From positions 3,072,001-3,136,000 of the forward strand of contig OZ242008.1 of NCBI GenBank assembly GCA_965204735.1: 64,000 nucleotides of DNA. The letters are read 5' to 3'. Position numbers and translations under genes: made by a program. The DNA is from Longimicrobiales bacterium (GTDB lineage: Bacteria > Gemmatimonadota > Gemmatimonadetes > Longimicrobiales > Gaopeijiaceae). Shown here in pieces: positions 1-9,141 of this stretch. Positions within the stretch are counted from its first letter, which is position 1. Each line of letters opens with the position of its first letter. The notes below the pieces were generated by a model, which worked only from the letters and a program-made list of their open reading frames with translations, searched no databases and was not told the origin of the DNA.

Positions 1-1
1 G

Positions 2-1294
2 CTTCCCATGCCGGTCGATTACACGGGCAGCCATGCCGCGTTCGTGCAGCAAGCGCTGGCCGACTTCGGCTTGAAGGACCGGGACCAAGCGGGAACGTCG
101 GTGGTGGTGCCGCACCCGGAAGACGAGCTGACGGACCCGGACCGCCTCGCCTGGGCCGTGATCTCCCAGTACTTCTGGCCTGTGGTGGCGGGCGACTTGG
201 TGGTCGAGATCGTGGCGGCGGGCGCGCGGACTCGGACGATCGACGCCGAGACGATCGGCCGGGAAGTCCACCGCTGCGGCGCCGCTTCCGCCGACTCGGG
301 CGAAGAAGCCGCCGGACCGATGGCCAGGGCGATCGAGCTCGCCGCATGGGGCGCGGCCGCCCCGAAGGCCGGCGACGTGGAAGCTGTGGCCGCCCGCAAG
401 AAGCCGGCGGTGCCGCCCGGCGAGGTGCACGACGTTCGCAAGCGCTACGAACGGGGAGAGCGCTTGGCCTTCAGCGTCAGGACCAAGGTCCGCGGGCTGC
501 TGTCGCACTTCCGCGTCTTCCTGGAGAAGGACGACTCCCTCTCAAAGGGACACGACTACTACGTGCGCGGCCATCTGCACGTGCCGGGAATGGACTTCCT
601 GCACAACTTCCAGGCCCGGGCCCTGACTCTGGTCGACAACCGATCCCTGCTGGGCCACCTATTGCGGGACTCGGAGGGCCCTGCCCACGACAAGTGGAAC
701 GCATACGCCCGCCGTCTCAAGGACAAGGGGTGGCCGGCCGCGGCCGAGCGGGTCCGGGAAGCCCAGCGCGCGGCGGAGCGCATCCTCCTGCAGCTTGCCG
801 CCAAGCCCGAGGAGAAGCAGCGCGACGCGCTGGCGGACTTGTTTCCGTCGAAGATCACGGGGCGCGGGGGAAGGACCAGCGGCGGCAAGGCCCTCGGCGA
901 CGGGGACCGGTTGGATGGCGCCCAGGCGAAGCCCGTTCCCCGCGTCCGACGCGTTCAAGGCGGCATCGCGTTGACGACGGAAGCGACCGACGGCTTGGCG
1001 GGCACGACGTGGACGGTCCGGGTCGCGTACGACGTGGCCCGGGGCACTGCCCGCACTGCGTTCTCGCGCTTTGCGAGCGGCGTCAAGTCCGGTGCTCCCG
1101 ACTTCTCGTTGCGCGAAGACCGCTTGTCCGTGGAGCGCGCGGGCTGCACGGTCGAGGTGGTGACCGACAACGAGCTGCGCGTGGTCGTCACGAAGCCGGC
1201 GATCTCGTTGGCAGTGAAGGGCTTCGACGATCGGGACCTGCTGGTGGAGGTCTCGCAGGTCGAAGAGCCGACCGAGGAAGGCGGCGAGGCGTGA
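2..1294 (+). CDS. 5'-truncated hypothetical protein, probably the C-terminal part of a GHKL/MORC-like ATPase-family protein
   Basis: Frame is open from the window edge (..LPMPVDY). Contains 'GTSVVVP' (G2-box-like) and 'LLRDSEGPAHDKW'. Stop overlaps the next GTG (GTGA, 1291-1294). Family call is from recollection of the motifs only. Confidence 0.55.
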   Translation, partial: LPMPVDYTGSHAAFVQQALADFGLKDRDQAGTSVVVPHPEDELTDPDRLAWAVISQYFWPVVAGDLVVEIVAAGARTRTIDAETIGREVHRCGAASADSGEEAAGPMARAIELAAWGAAAPKAGDVEAVAARKKPAVPPGEVHDVRKRYERGERLAFSVRTKVRGLLSHFRVFLEKDDSLSKGHDYYVRGHLHVPGMDFLHNFQARALTLVDNRSLLGHLLRDSEGPAHDKWNAYARRLKDKGWPAAAERVREAQRAAERILLQLAAKPEEKQRDALADLFPSKITGRGGRTSGGKALGDGDRLDGAQAKPVPRVRRVQGGIALTTEATDGLAGTTWTVRVAYDVARGTARTAFSRFASGVKSGAPDFSLREDRLSVERAGCTVEVVTDNELRVVVTKPAISLAVKGFDDRDLLVEVSQVEEPTEEGGEA

Positions 1295-2067
1295 TCCGAC
1301 ACTTCAACAGCACGGGCCGCCGGCCGATCCAGCGTTCCCACGCCGTCGTGGCGCTTCGGCGGCTGAAGCCCGACGGTTCGCCGGAAGAGTCCGACTACTG
1401 CTTCGACTTGAAGCTGGACCTCTCGAGCTACCGCTTTCCTTCCGACGCGCGCGTCCGAGTGGAAGCTTGGCGCGGCAACGCCTTCCAGCGCTGGGAGTGG
1501 GGCACCGTCGGGCGTCCTGTTGCCCCTTCCGAAGCGGACCGGGTTCTTCGCGACGTGCCCGAGACGTGCCGATTCCGGGTCGCCGTCGTGCGGGCGGGCG
1601 ACTCCGGGCTGCTGCTGGGCTTGGCGGACAAGGTGTCGCCCCGGCGGCCCGTGGAGTCGATTCTGCCGCTGGTGCTCAAGGACATGGGAAGCGAAATCTG
1701 GAGATTGGAGTTCGGCGAAGGCGACGACCTGGTCGAGCTGTGGATCAACAATAGCGTCGCGGGGATGAGCGACGTGGTGCGCAACGACTCGACCTTTCGC
1801 GCGCTTGTGATGCCCCAGGTCCTGCGCTCGGTCCTGGAGCGCGGTCTGCTGGTGAGGAGGGAGCGACCGGACGACATGGAAGGTCCGTGGAGACCCTGGT
1901 TCGACTTGGCGGAGGACGTTCTGCCGGACCAGTCGCCGCCCGTGCTGGAGCACGACGCCCAAGACGACGAGATCGCCCGTGCCGACAGGTGGATTGACCA
2001 GGTCGTGGCGGCGTTCGCAAAGAAGCGCGTCAAGGCCGTGGAGCTGTACGGAAGGCGGAAGCGATGA
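1291..2067 (+). CDS. Hypothetical protein (258 aa, 'IRHFNSTGRRPI...')
   Basis: GTG start overlaps the upstream stop; GAGG RBS-like sequence upstream; globular composition; stop overlaps the next ATG (ATGA, 2064-2067). Confidence 0.75.
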   Translation: MIRHFNSTGRRPIQRSHAVVALRRLKPDGSPEESDYCFDLKLDLSSYRFPSDARVRVEAWRGNAFQRWEWGTVGRPVAPSEADRVLRDVPETCRFRVAVVRAGDSGLLLGLADKVSPRRPVESILPLVLKDMGSEIWRLEFGEGDDLVELWINNSVAGMSDVVRNDSTFRALVMPQVLRSVLERGLLVRRERPDDMEGPWRPWFDLAEDVLPDQSPPVLEHDAQDDEIARADRWIDQVVAAFAKKRVKAVELYGRRKR

Positions 2068-2840
2068 CGGCGGCGCAGCCTGCCGAGGCGAATGCTCCGA
2101 AGCTGGGCGCCGTGGTGGCCCGGGAGCTGACCGCAAGCGGCATCGCCCGAGCATTGCGCTTTCTTGCGGACGTGCGCGCCGACCCGGCGGGGCCGCCAGC
2201 GCCGCCTCGCGATCTTCTCTTCCACAACCGCTACAGCCGCCCCTTCGCCAACGCCCCGACCCTGGAGCCCCGCGCGTTCGCAACCCGGCGGGAGGTGGGC
2301 GAGTACCTGTCGCCCAGGCTGGCCCCGATCAAGCGACAGATCATGGACCGCGCGTCGTTCTGGTCGTGGCTGGGCATCTTTTACTTCGAGGGCACGGTGC
2401 GGGTGGTGGACGGCGCGGCTCGGCTGTCGGCCGGCGACGAAACGGTTGTGATTGATCCTGGGGACTCCTTGGCAACGAGGAGTATCCACAGCCACTACTT
2501 GAGGTCGGCTTGGCGCGTGTTCGAGGCGTACGGCGAAGACGCGGCCTTCCTGCTGAACCAAGCGCCTGGCTCTCGAAGCAACATCGCCGACCGCATCCTC
2601 AGGTCCCAGCGAGTCTTCAACTCAACAGGACTGGTCTCGCTCATTCTCCGCCTGTACACGCATCAGGGACGCCAGAAACAGGGCTTCATGCGCCGAGCCG
2701 GTGGACTTGTTCACCTGATTCGCGTCCTCGACCAGCTCGAGCGCACCCACGACGTCTACCACATGTCCCCCGACGCGCTGATCCGCATCCTGCCGCCCGA
2801 GTTCGACCCATGGATCGAGGCCGAACAGACGGTCAAATAG
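2064..2840 (+). CDS. Hypothetical protein (258 aa, 'FWSWLGIFYFE...QLERTHDVYHM...LPPEF')
   Basis: ATGA overlap with the upstream gene; aromatic-rich globular ORF; third gene of the coupled trio. Confidence 0.8.
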   Translation: MTAAQPAEANAPKLGAVVARELTASGIARALRFLADVRADPAGPPAPPRDLLFHNRYSRPFANAPTLEPRAFATRREVGEYLSPRLAPIKRQIMDRASFWSWLGIFYFEGTVRVVDGAARLSAGDETVVIDPGDSLATRSIHSHYLRSAWRVFEAYGEDAAFLLNQAPGSRSNIADRILRSQRVFNSTGLVSLILRLYTHQGRQKQGFMRRAGGLVHLIRVLDQLERTHDVYHMSPDALIRILPPEFDPWIEAEQTVK

Positions 2841-2858
2841 CTGGTCACAGTAGCACTG

Positions 2859-2887
2859 TTGACATGCGGAACGCGTAATGTTATCAA
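2859..2887 (+). promoter_or_regulatory. Putative sigma70 promoter of the fic gene
   Basis: TTGACA (2859-2864), 17-nt spacer ending in TGn, TATCAA (2882-2887), in an AT-rich intergenic region. Short inverted repeat acagt/actgt at 2847-2859. AAGGAG RBS before ATG 2931. Confidence 0.6.
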
Positions 2888-2930
2888 TCATTATCCGTCG
2901 TCGAAGAAGCTGCCAAATAAGGAGTCACAG

Positions 2931-4112
2931 ATGGACTGGCGCCGCTTTCGGTTCGAGTACCGCATCGGACTTTCCCCACGGAAGCTCGCCGCGCTGCTGG
3001 TGCGGATCGACGGGTACCGGGAAGCCGCTCGCAACCTCGTCCTTCCCCCCGATTGGAAGACCAAGCTCGATCGGCTCAACCGGATTCGGGCGATCCGCGG
3101 CACTACTGGACTGGAGGGCAACCCTCTCTCCGAGGAGCAGGTGGCCGAGGTTCTGGACGACGAGACCGGGGCGGCAGCGCGCACGAGGGACGGCCGGCAG
3201 GCTCGCAACGCCGAAGCCGCCCAGAAGTGGGTCAGGAGGCGGTTCGGCAGCGACGGGCCACCGCTGACCACGGGCGACATCCTCCGCATGCATCAGCTCG
3301 TGACGGTCGGCTCCGACGAGGCGGACAACGTGCCGGGTCGGCTTCGGAGCCACAACGTCAAGGTCGGAACCGACGCGCTGGGGGGCGTCCACCGGGGCGC
3401 CCCTCATCCGTGGGTCGAGCGGCTGACGGCCGAGTTCGTCGCCTTCGTCAACTCCCGCAGGGTGCGCAACGAGCATCCTGTCGTGCGCGCCCTCCTCGCC
3501 CACTTCTTTCTTGCGACGATCCACCCGTTCGGCGACGGGAACGGCCGGGTCTCCCGCTTGGTGGAGGCCGCCGTGCTCTACGAGGGCGGCTACAACGTCC
3601 ACGGCTTCTATGGTCTCTCCAACTTCTTCTACGTCCACGGGGACAAGTACAAGCTGCTTCTGCAGAAGTGCCGCCGATTCGTGCCTTTCGAAGTAGCGCC
3701 GTTCGTGGAGTTCGGGTTGGAAGGCTTCGCCAGCGAACTTGGCGGCATCAACAACTTCATCCGGACGAAGCTGAACCGCCTGGTCTATCGCGACATGATG
3801 TCGAGGGCGCTCGGCGTCAGGGTCAGCAAGCGCCGTCGGCTTCTCAACGAGCGAGAGTACAACCTGCTTCGCTTCCTGCTTGAAGAAACCGAGCCGAACG
3901 ATCCCTTCGCCGCCGAGCCGTCCCGCCGAGTCTCGCTTGCGGAGCTCGTCGATTCGCCCTTCGTGCGGCAGGTCTACCGTGACGTGACCCGCCGCACGTT
4001 CCGGCGAGAGCTGATGCGCCTTGCCGAGCACGGCTTCATCCGCTTCGAGCGCGACGCGGAGAGCGGCGACCACGCCGTGAAGGTGGAGTTCAGCGCGATC
4101 GGTCGCTACTGA
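2931..4112 (+). CDS. Fic/DOC family protein, class II (N-terminal auto-inhibitory motif), with probable C-terminal wHTH
   Basis: Fic motif HPFGDGNGRVSR; inhibitory (S/T)xxxE(G/N) motif TTGLEG; AAGGAG RBS. Confidence 0.9.
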   Translation: MDWRRFRFEYRIGLSPRKLAALLVRIDGYREAARNLVLPPDWKTKLDRLNRIRAIRGTTGLEGNPLSEEQVAEVLDDETGAAARTRDGRQARNAEAAQKWVRRRFGSDGPPLTTGDILRMHQLVTVGSDEADNVPGRLRSHNVKVGTDALGGVHRGAPHPWVERLTAEFVAFVNSRRVRNEHPVVRALLAHFFLATIHPFGDGNGRVSRLVEAAVLYEGGYNVHGFYGLSNFFYVHGDKYKLLLQKCRRFVPFEVAPFVEFGLEGFASELGGINNFIRTKLNRLVYRDMMSRALGVRVSKRRRLLNEREYNLLRFLLEETEPNDPFAAEPSRRVSLAELVDSPFVRQVYRDVTRRTFRRELMRLAEHGFIRFERDAESGDHAVKVEFSAIGRY

Positions 4113-4234
4113 CCGGAGAGGCGCGCGATCCAAGGAACCATGTTGCAGAGCAACAAGCCGTTGTTCGTGTCCGTCGGCGGGCTGGTGGTTTCGCCACTGA
4201 TACTGGCGTGCGCCGACGGCCACGCATCTTGGTG

Positions 4235-5002
4235 CTACTCGCCGCTCCGGCCGCAACATTTCTTGTACTTTCGGCCGCTGCCGCAGGGACATCGCTTGTT
4301 GCGCGGCGTTCTAGTTCGCAGGACGATAGGAGCGACTTCGACACGGTATCGGGCCTCGGTCCGCTCACCGCTGCTACGAGCCGCTTCCCGACACTCCAAG
4401 CCCAGCGCTGCATAGTCGGCTGCGGCGCGGCGAAAGTGCTTGCGGGCGTCGGCGGCGCCCTCTTCCAACGACACGCCGATTTCCGACGAAAGCTTCTTGG
4501 CCACGCCAGGCGCAGCGAAGAAGCCAAGGATCCACAACAACAGGCCCATGCCGTCAAGCTTGTCGTCATGCTCGTCCCAGTCTTTCTCCAACCAATAGTA
4601 CCCTTGCGCAAAACCTTGACTCCATTGGGCGACAGGAGCGTCCGAGTCGAGGTTGTCGATCGTATCCTCGCGGAAGACAATGTCCTTGGGCAACCGACCA
4701 TTGCCTCGCATCACGTCTTCCACGATGTCGTTGTACAGTGACATAAGCGCTCTGGTGATCCGCTCGGCTTCCCGCTTCGTCGCGAAGACGGGCAACTCGC
4801 CTCCGAATACCTGGGGCAACCATTCGGCCGGCAACACAAGCTCCGGCGCCGCCACGACCGAGAAGAGGAATCCCTCGATCTTTGCGAACGAGTAAACGCC
4901 AAGTTCCTGAACGTCCGGGCGCGAGAGGTACTCCGTCAGCACGCGACGCTGTCCTGCCGTCATGGACTTGGCGAGGTTCTCTTGCCAGCGTGGTCTTCTC
5001 AT
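4235..5002 (-). CDS. UPF0149/YecA family protein with C-terminal SEC-C motif
   Basis: 'EGFLFSVVAAPELVLPAEWLP', 'QWSQGFAQGY', and CPCGSGRKYKKCC. Start uncertain (5002 or 4963). Confidence 0.85.
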   Translation of the reverse strand: MRRPRWQENLAKSMTAGQRRVLTEYLSRPDVQELGVYSFAKIEGFLFSVVAAPELVLPAEWLPQVFGGELPVFATKREAERITRALMSLYNDIVEDVMRGNGRLPKDIVFREDTIDNLDSDAPVAQWSQGFAQGYYWLEKDWDEHDDKLDGMGLLLWILGFFAAPGVAKKLSSEIGVSLEEGAADARKHFRRAAADYAALGLECREAARSSGERTEARYRVEVAPIVLRTRTPRNKRCPCGSGRKYKKCCGRSGE

Positions 5003-5030
5003 CCTCAAGTCCGCCAGTACATCCAGCGCC

Positions 5031-6203
5031 TCAGCCTCGTTCCGCCGTAAACAACTCGGGGTCGATTCCCGGGACGATCTTCAGCGCGTTTTCGTAGTAT
5101 ATCTTTCGCAGGACCTGGTCGGGCAGGCCCAAGCCGTACATCTGCCAGAAGGCGTGGTAGCGGCGGTAGTAGTCGAAGTAGTCGTCCGTGGTCTCGAAGA
5201 CGCGGAAGTAGGTGTGGAACTCTTCCTTGTTGTACGAGTCCTTCCCCATGAGCGCTCGGTCCTGGTATCGGATCAGCCACTCGCGGGCAAAGCGGGGCTG
5301 CCGTCCGAGCTCGTACAGCACGGCGCCCAGGCCGACGTACATGTTGGGGATTTCGTCGAGCAACCGTCCAAGGCGGCCCAGGTCGTGGCCCAGCCAGCTC
5401 AGGTGGGCCGATATGAAGTTGGTGCCTGGATGGGCGCGGAAGAGGCTGTGCTGCTCTCCGATGATCTGCTCGAAGGGCGGGTAGTCGTCAGGCCGACGGA
5501 TGCGCCGAGGGCGCAGCTTGAGTTCCAGCCAGCGCTCGTTGAAGCGGTCGTGGGGCTGCCAGAACTCGGCCGGGTCCGCCGAGTGGATGAGGACGGGCAG
5601 ACCCAGCTCGCCGGCCTTGTCCCAGAGAGGCGCCAGCCGGGGGTCGTCCACGGGGATGCGCTTGCCGTCCACGTCCCGGTGGTCCATTCCCAGGCCCTTG
5701 AAGATCTTCAGTCCGACGGCGCCGTTGCGGGCATCCTCCGCCAGCTGGGCGGCGGCTCGTTCGCCCCACCCGGGCTCTCCCACGCCCCGGAAGCTCGTGT
5801 TGGCGAAGAAGACGAAGCGCCCGGGGTGACGGCCCGCCATCGCTTCCAATCCCTGCACCAGCGCCGCGCCGCTTCGTCCGGAGAGGTTCACCATCACGGC
5901 CATGTTGAGTTCGTCCATCTCGCCCACCAGCCGGTCCACGTCCTCGCTGGACATCGACGCGGCTCGCTGATGGCCGTGGACGTCGACGAACGGGAAGCGC
6001 GCCCGGGTCACCGGTTCGCCCGGCACGACCAGCGTGTTGCGCGGCTGGTACTCCTCGACCGTGACCTCCTGGGCGAGAAGGGCGCCCGGGGCCCACGCGA
6101 ACGTTCCGGCGGTCGAGCCGCCGACCAAGCCGAGAAGCAGCAGGCCGAGCTGCCCGACCGCCTTGTGCATGGTGCTGATGCGCATGAAGCGTCGCTCCGT
6201 CAT
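5031..6203 (-). CDS. Secreted amidohydrolase family protein (Amidohydro_2-like)
   Basis: DVHGH metal motif, 'GAVGLKI', 'PVLIHSAD', 'FISAH', 'GKDS'; signal-like N-terminus; ATGA overlap with upstream gene. Confidence 0.88.
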   Translation of the reverse strand: MTERRFMRISTMHKAVGQLGLLLLGLVGGSTAGTFAWAPGALLAQEVTVEEYQPRNTLVVPGEPVTRARFPFVDVHGHQRAASMSSEDVDRLVGEMDELNMAVMVNLSGRSGAALVQGLEAMAGRHPGRFVFFANTSFRGVGEPGWGERAAAQLAEDARNGAVGLKIFKGLGMDHRDVDGKRIPVDDPRLAPLWDKAGELGLPVLIHSADPAEFWQPHDRFNERWLELKLRPRRIRRPDDYPPFEQIIGEQHSLFRAHPGTNFISAHLSWLGHDLGRLGRLLDEIPNMYVGLGAVLYELGRQPRFAREWLIRYQDRALMGKDSYNKEEFHTYFRVFETTDDYFDYYRRYHAFWQMYGLGLPDQVLRKIYYENALKIVPGIDPELFTAERG

Positions 6204-7297
6204 TTCCTGTGGATCGTCATCAGAAGGTAGCGCTTCAGGCGCGAGAAGCGCTTCGGGCTCAGGGCGTCCATGCTGCGCAGGAGCCGGCACCGGGTCCGGT
6301 TCGCGACCGGTTCCAGAACGTAGTGGGCGGCCGGCCGCTTCGCCCGCAGCTTCTCCGTCGCAAAGTCGAAGACGGGAAGGCCGATCCGCTCCGCCAGCAG
6401 GCGCGCGAAGGCGAGCGTCGGCAGGACGTGCGGCGTCATGTCCTCCTCGCGGGCGATGCAATAGCCGGCTCGGTCGGCCCGCTCCCGAAAGGCGGCCAGC
6501 GACCAGCCGGAGCGGTCGCTCCCGGCAAGATCGGCCTTGGCCGGCTCGCTCCGGAGAGCGTTGTTCCCGGCCCGTCCCCCGCCGGGCCGGCCGCTCCCGC
6601 CGTCCAAGCTCTCGTCGCCCGAGACTGCACCGGCGCCCGTCGGCGCCCGAAAGTAGTCGGCCACGATCCACCGTCCCCCTGGGGCCAGCGCCCGGTCCAC
6701 CACGCCGAACACCCGCTCCGGGTCCATGTACTGGATCGACTCCGCGTGAAGAATGGTCCCGAAGCGGCCCTCGTGCTCTTCCACCGCCAGGTCTTCGAAC
6801 CGGCAGCGCATCACGGGAACGTCGGGGTAGGCCCGGCGGATGTGCTCGACCTGGTGGCGGTCCGGCGTCAGCCCGATCGCCTCGTGCCCCGCCGCCTTGA
6901 GCACGGCCAGCATTCCGCCCATTCCCGAGCCGGCGTCCAGGACCGGCGACCCGGGCTTCGGCGGACCAATCGCCTCCACGACCTTGCGCGCATAGCGAAG
7001 CTGCGCCCGGTAGAGGGCGTCGAAGCTGATCGCCTCCGGCGGCGTTGTCGGATCGTCGAAGTAGCCGTAGTGAAGGAAGTCGCCGGGCAACATCCGGCTG
7101 TAGAGCAGCAGCTGCGCGTTCCCCTCGACCGTCGGCGTTCGCGCATGGTTGCGGCGCAACTTGATCCGGCGCAGGGCGTGGGCGGGCAACAGAGCGCGTC
7201 CCAACAGCTGCCTGGCGACCCACGACGCCGAGAGCTTTGCCGAGTCGGCGGACGCGCTCCCGTCGCCCGACGAGTGTTCGCCTCCGCCGCCCGTCAC
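6200..7297 (-). CDS. Class I SAM-dependent methyltransferase (tocopherol/sterol/CFA-like clade)
   Basis: 'FLHYGYF', motif I 'VLDAGSGMGG', 'ESIQYM', 'LAPGGRWIVADYF'; GTG at 7297 overlaps the upstream stop. Confidence 0.82.
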   Translation of the reverse strand: MTGGGGEHSSGDGSASADSAKLSASWVARQLLGRALLPAHALRRIKLRRNHARTPTVEGNAQLLLYSRMLPGDFLHYGYFDDPTTPPEAISFDALYRAQLRYARKVVEAIGPPKPGSPVLDAGSGMGGMLAVLKAAGHEAIGLTPDRHQVEHIRRAYPDVPVMRCRFEDLAVEEHEGRFGTILHAESIQYMDPERVFGVVDRALAPGGRWIVADYFRAPTGAGAVSGDESLDGGSGRPGGGRAGNNALRSEPAKADLAGSDRSGWSLAAFRERADRAGYCIAREEDMTPHVLPTLAFARLLAERIGLPVFDFATEKLRAKRPAAHYVLEPVANRTRCRLLRSMDALSPKRFSRLKRYLLMTIHRK

Positions 7298-8067
7298 GCC
7301 TCGGCGATCCAGCCGCAGCACTTCTTGTACTTGCGGCCGCTGTCGCATGGACAAGGTTCGTTGCGGCCGATTGCGGCCGTCCGGGGGGCAGGCTTGAAGG
7401 GGTTTGCCGGGTACTGGCTGGCCGCCAGCTGGATCGGATCCCGCGCGGCGTCTCGGCACTGTGCGCCCAGAGCGGCGTAGCGGGCGGCGGCGAACCGAAA
7501 GACCGTGCAGGCCTTTTCGGCGGATTCCTCGATCGGCGCGCCGAACTCCCTCTGGAACTCCTTGGCCAAGTCCGGCGTGGAGAAGAAGCAAAGGGTCCAC
7601 ACCACGAAGGCCAGCTCGTCGGAGCCGATCCCGTGCTCTTGCCAATCCTCCTCCAGCCAATAGTGTCCCTGGATGAATCCCCGGCTCCACTGGGCCACGG
7701 GGGCGTCGTCGTCCAAGTTGTCGACGGGATCGTCCGTGAAGACGATGTCGTCGGGCAACATGCCGTCGCGTTGCGTCACGTCGCCGGCGATCTTGTTGTA
7801 GAGCGACATGACGGCCCCGGTGACCATTCTTGCCTCCACCGCCGTCGCGAAGGCCGGCACGGCGCCTCCGAAGACCATGGGCAGCCACTCGGAGGGCGGC
7901 ACGAGGTTGGGCGACGCGGCAACGGAGAAGAGGAAGCCTTCCAGTTCGTTGAACGTGTACGCCTGAAGGCCCTGAACGTCGGGGCGCGAAAGGTACTCGA
8001 TCAGCTCGGTGCGGCGGGCAGAGGTGAACGGTCGTGCGACGGCGCGCACCAGCTTCATCTCGCCCAT
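7294..8067 (-). CDS. UPF0149/YecA family protein with SEC-C motif (paralogue of 4235-5002)
   Basis: Shares 'EYLSRPDVQ', 'EGFLFSV' and 'DAPVAQWS' with the first copy; GRNEPCPCDSGRKYKKCC. Confidence 0.87.
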   Translation of the reverse strand: MGEMKLVRAVARPFTSARRTELIEYLSRPDVQGLQAYTFNELEGFLFSVAASPNLVPPSEWLPMVFGGAVPAFATAVEARMVTGAVMSLYNKIAGDVTQRDGMLPDDIVFTDDPVDNLDDDAPVAQWSRGFIQGHYWLEEDWQEHGIGSDELAFVVWTLCFFSTPDLAKEFQREFGAPIEESAEKACTVFRFAAARYAALGAQCRDAARDPIQLAASQYPANPFKPAPRTAAIGRNEPCPCDSGRKYKKCCGWIAEA

Positions 8068-8070
8068 CGG

Positions 8071-9141
8071 CTACCCGCGATTGAAGACGAAGTAGTCGTG
8101 CAGCGCGCGGGCGATCTGCGCCACGACGCGCTCCCGCTCCTCCACGGTGCGCTCCGACTCCTTGACGTACACTACGGCGACGACGTGGCCGGCGCCGTCG
8201 GGCAGGTCGACGATGCCCACGTCGTTGGTGGTCTGGCCGATCGTGCCCGTCTTGTGGGCGACTTGCGTGCCCGGCGGCAGCGCCCCCTTCAGCCTCGCTT
8301 CGCCCGTCCTGCACCGGTACATGATGTCCAGCAGCAGCGCCGAGCTTTCCTCCGACAGCAGCTCTCGATTCCAGATCATCCGCAGCAGGTCCGACATCGC
8401 CGCAGGCGTGGAAGTGTCGCGGGGGTCCGCGTTGAAGACGGCGTTGAGGGCCGCCGTGGCGGCGTCGTCGCGCTCCGCTTCGAGCAGCGTGCGGTACTCG
8501 GCGGGAGCGATGGGATCGGCTTCGCTCACGTCCGCCCGACCCAGCCAGTTGGCGATCAGCGCCCAAGTGGGCCGGTCCACGCGAATGCCGTCCAGCCCGG
8601 CGGCGCGCATCCTGGCCGTGACGGCGGCGGACCCGCCGGCCTCCCGCATGAGGATGTCGGTGGCGATGTTGTCGCTGATCTGCAGCATGAGCTCCAGGAG
8701 GTTGTGGACGGAGACGTGGAGGCCCGGGTCGTCCAGCAGGTCGCTGATGGCGCTGGAGGTCAGGAACACGTCGCTTTGCCGCACCTCCACCAGCTGGGAC
8801 AGGGAAAGCTCGCCGCGATCCGCCATCGACAAGATCTGCACGGCGATCGGAACCTTGTACGTGCTGGCCATGGGGAAGGGCTCGTCGCCGTTCAGCACGA
8901 CCCCGCGTCCCGTCTCCAAGTGGTACGCGGCCACGCCCACGACGCCCTCCGCCGCCTCGGCGAGCCGCTCCACCTCGGCGGCCAAGTGGACCAGGTTCGG
9001 GTCCTCTCCGAAGGTGCGGGCGTTCTGGGCGGCGGCGCCCGACGGGCCGGCGGCCGCGAGACCCGCGACTGCCCAGGCAAGGGCGACGAGGCTCGGCGCC
9101 GGGCCGGGCCGGACTATGGACGTGGGACTGGCGTTCGACAT
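8071..9141 (-). CDS. Class A beta-lactamase-like serine hydrolase with atypical omega loop
   Basis: FPMASTYK (SxxK), SDN, DPRDTSTP, HKTGT; signal peptide; GAGG RBS before ATG 9141. Confidence 0.88.
   Translation of the reverse strand: MSNASPTSIVRPGPAPSLVALAWAVAGLAAAGPSGAAAQNARTFGEDPNLVHLAAEVERLAEAAEGVVGVAAYHLETGRGVVLNGDEPFPMASTYKVPIAVQILSMADRGELSLSQLVEVRQSDVFLTSSAISDLLDDPGLHVSVHNLLELMLQISDNIATDILMREAGGSAAVTARMRAAGLDGIRVDRPTWALIANWLGRADVSEADPIAPAEYRTLLEAERDDAATAALNAVFNADPRDTSTPAAMSDLLRMIWNRELLSEESSALLLDIMYRCRTGEARLKGALPPGTQVAHKTGTIGQTTNDVGIVDLPDGAGHVVAVVYVKESERTVEERERVVAQIARALHDYFVFNRG

Noticed and set aside
8071..9141. IS-mobilised antibiotic-resistance gene
   Set aside because: The protein lacks E166, sits in a chromosomal operon, and the IS has its own TSD and supplies no evident hybrid promoter on that side.
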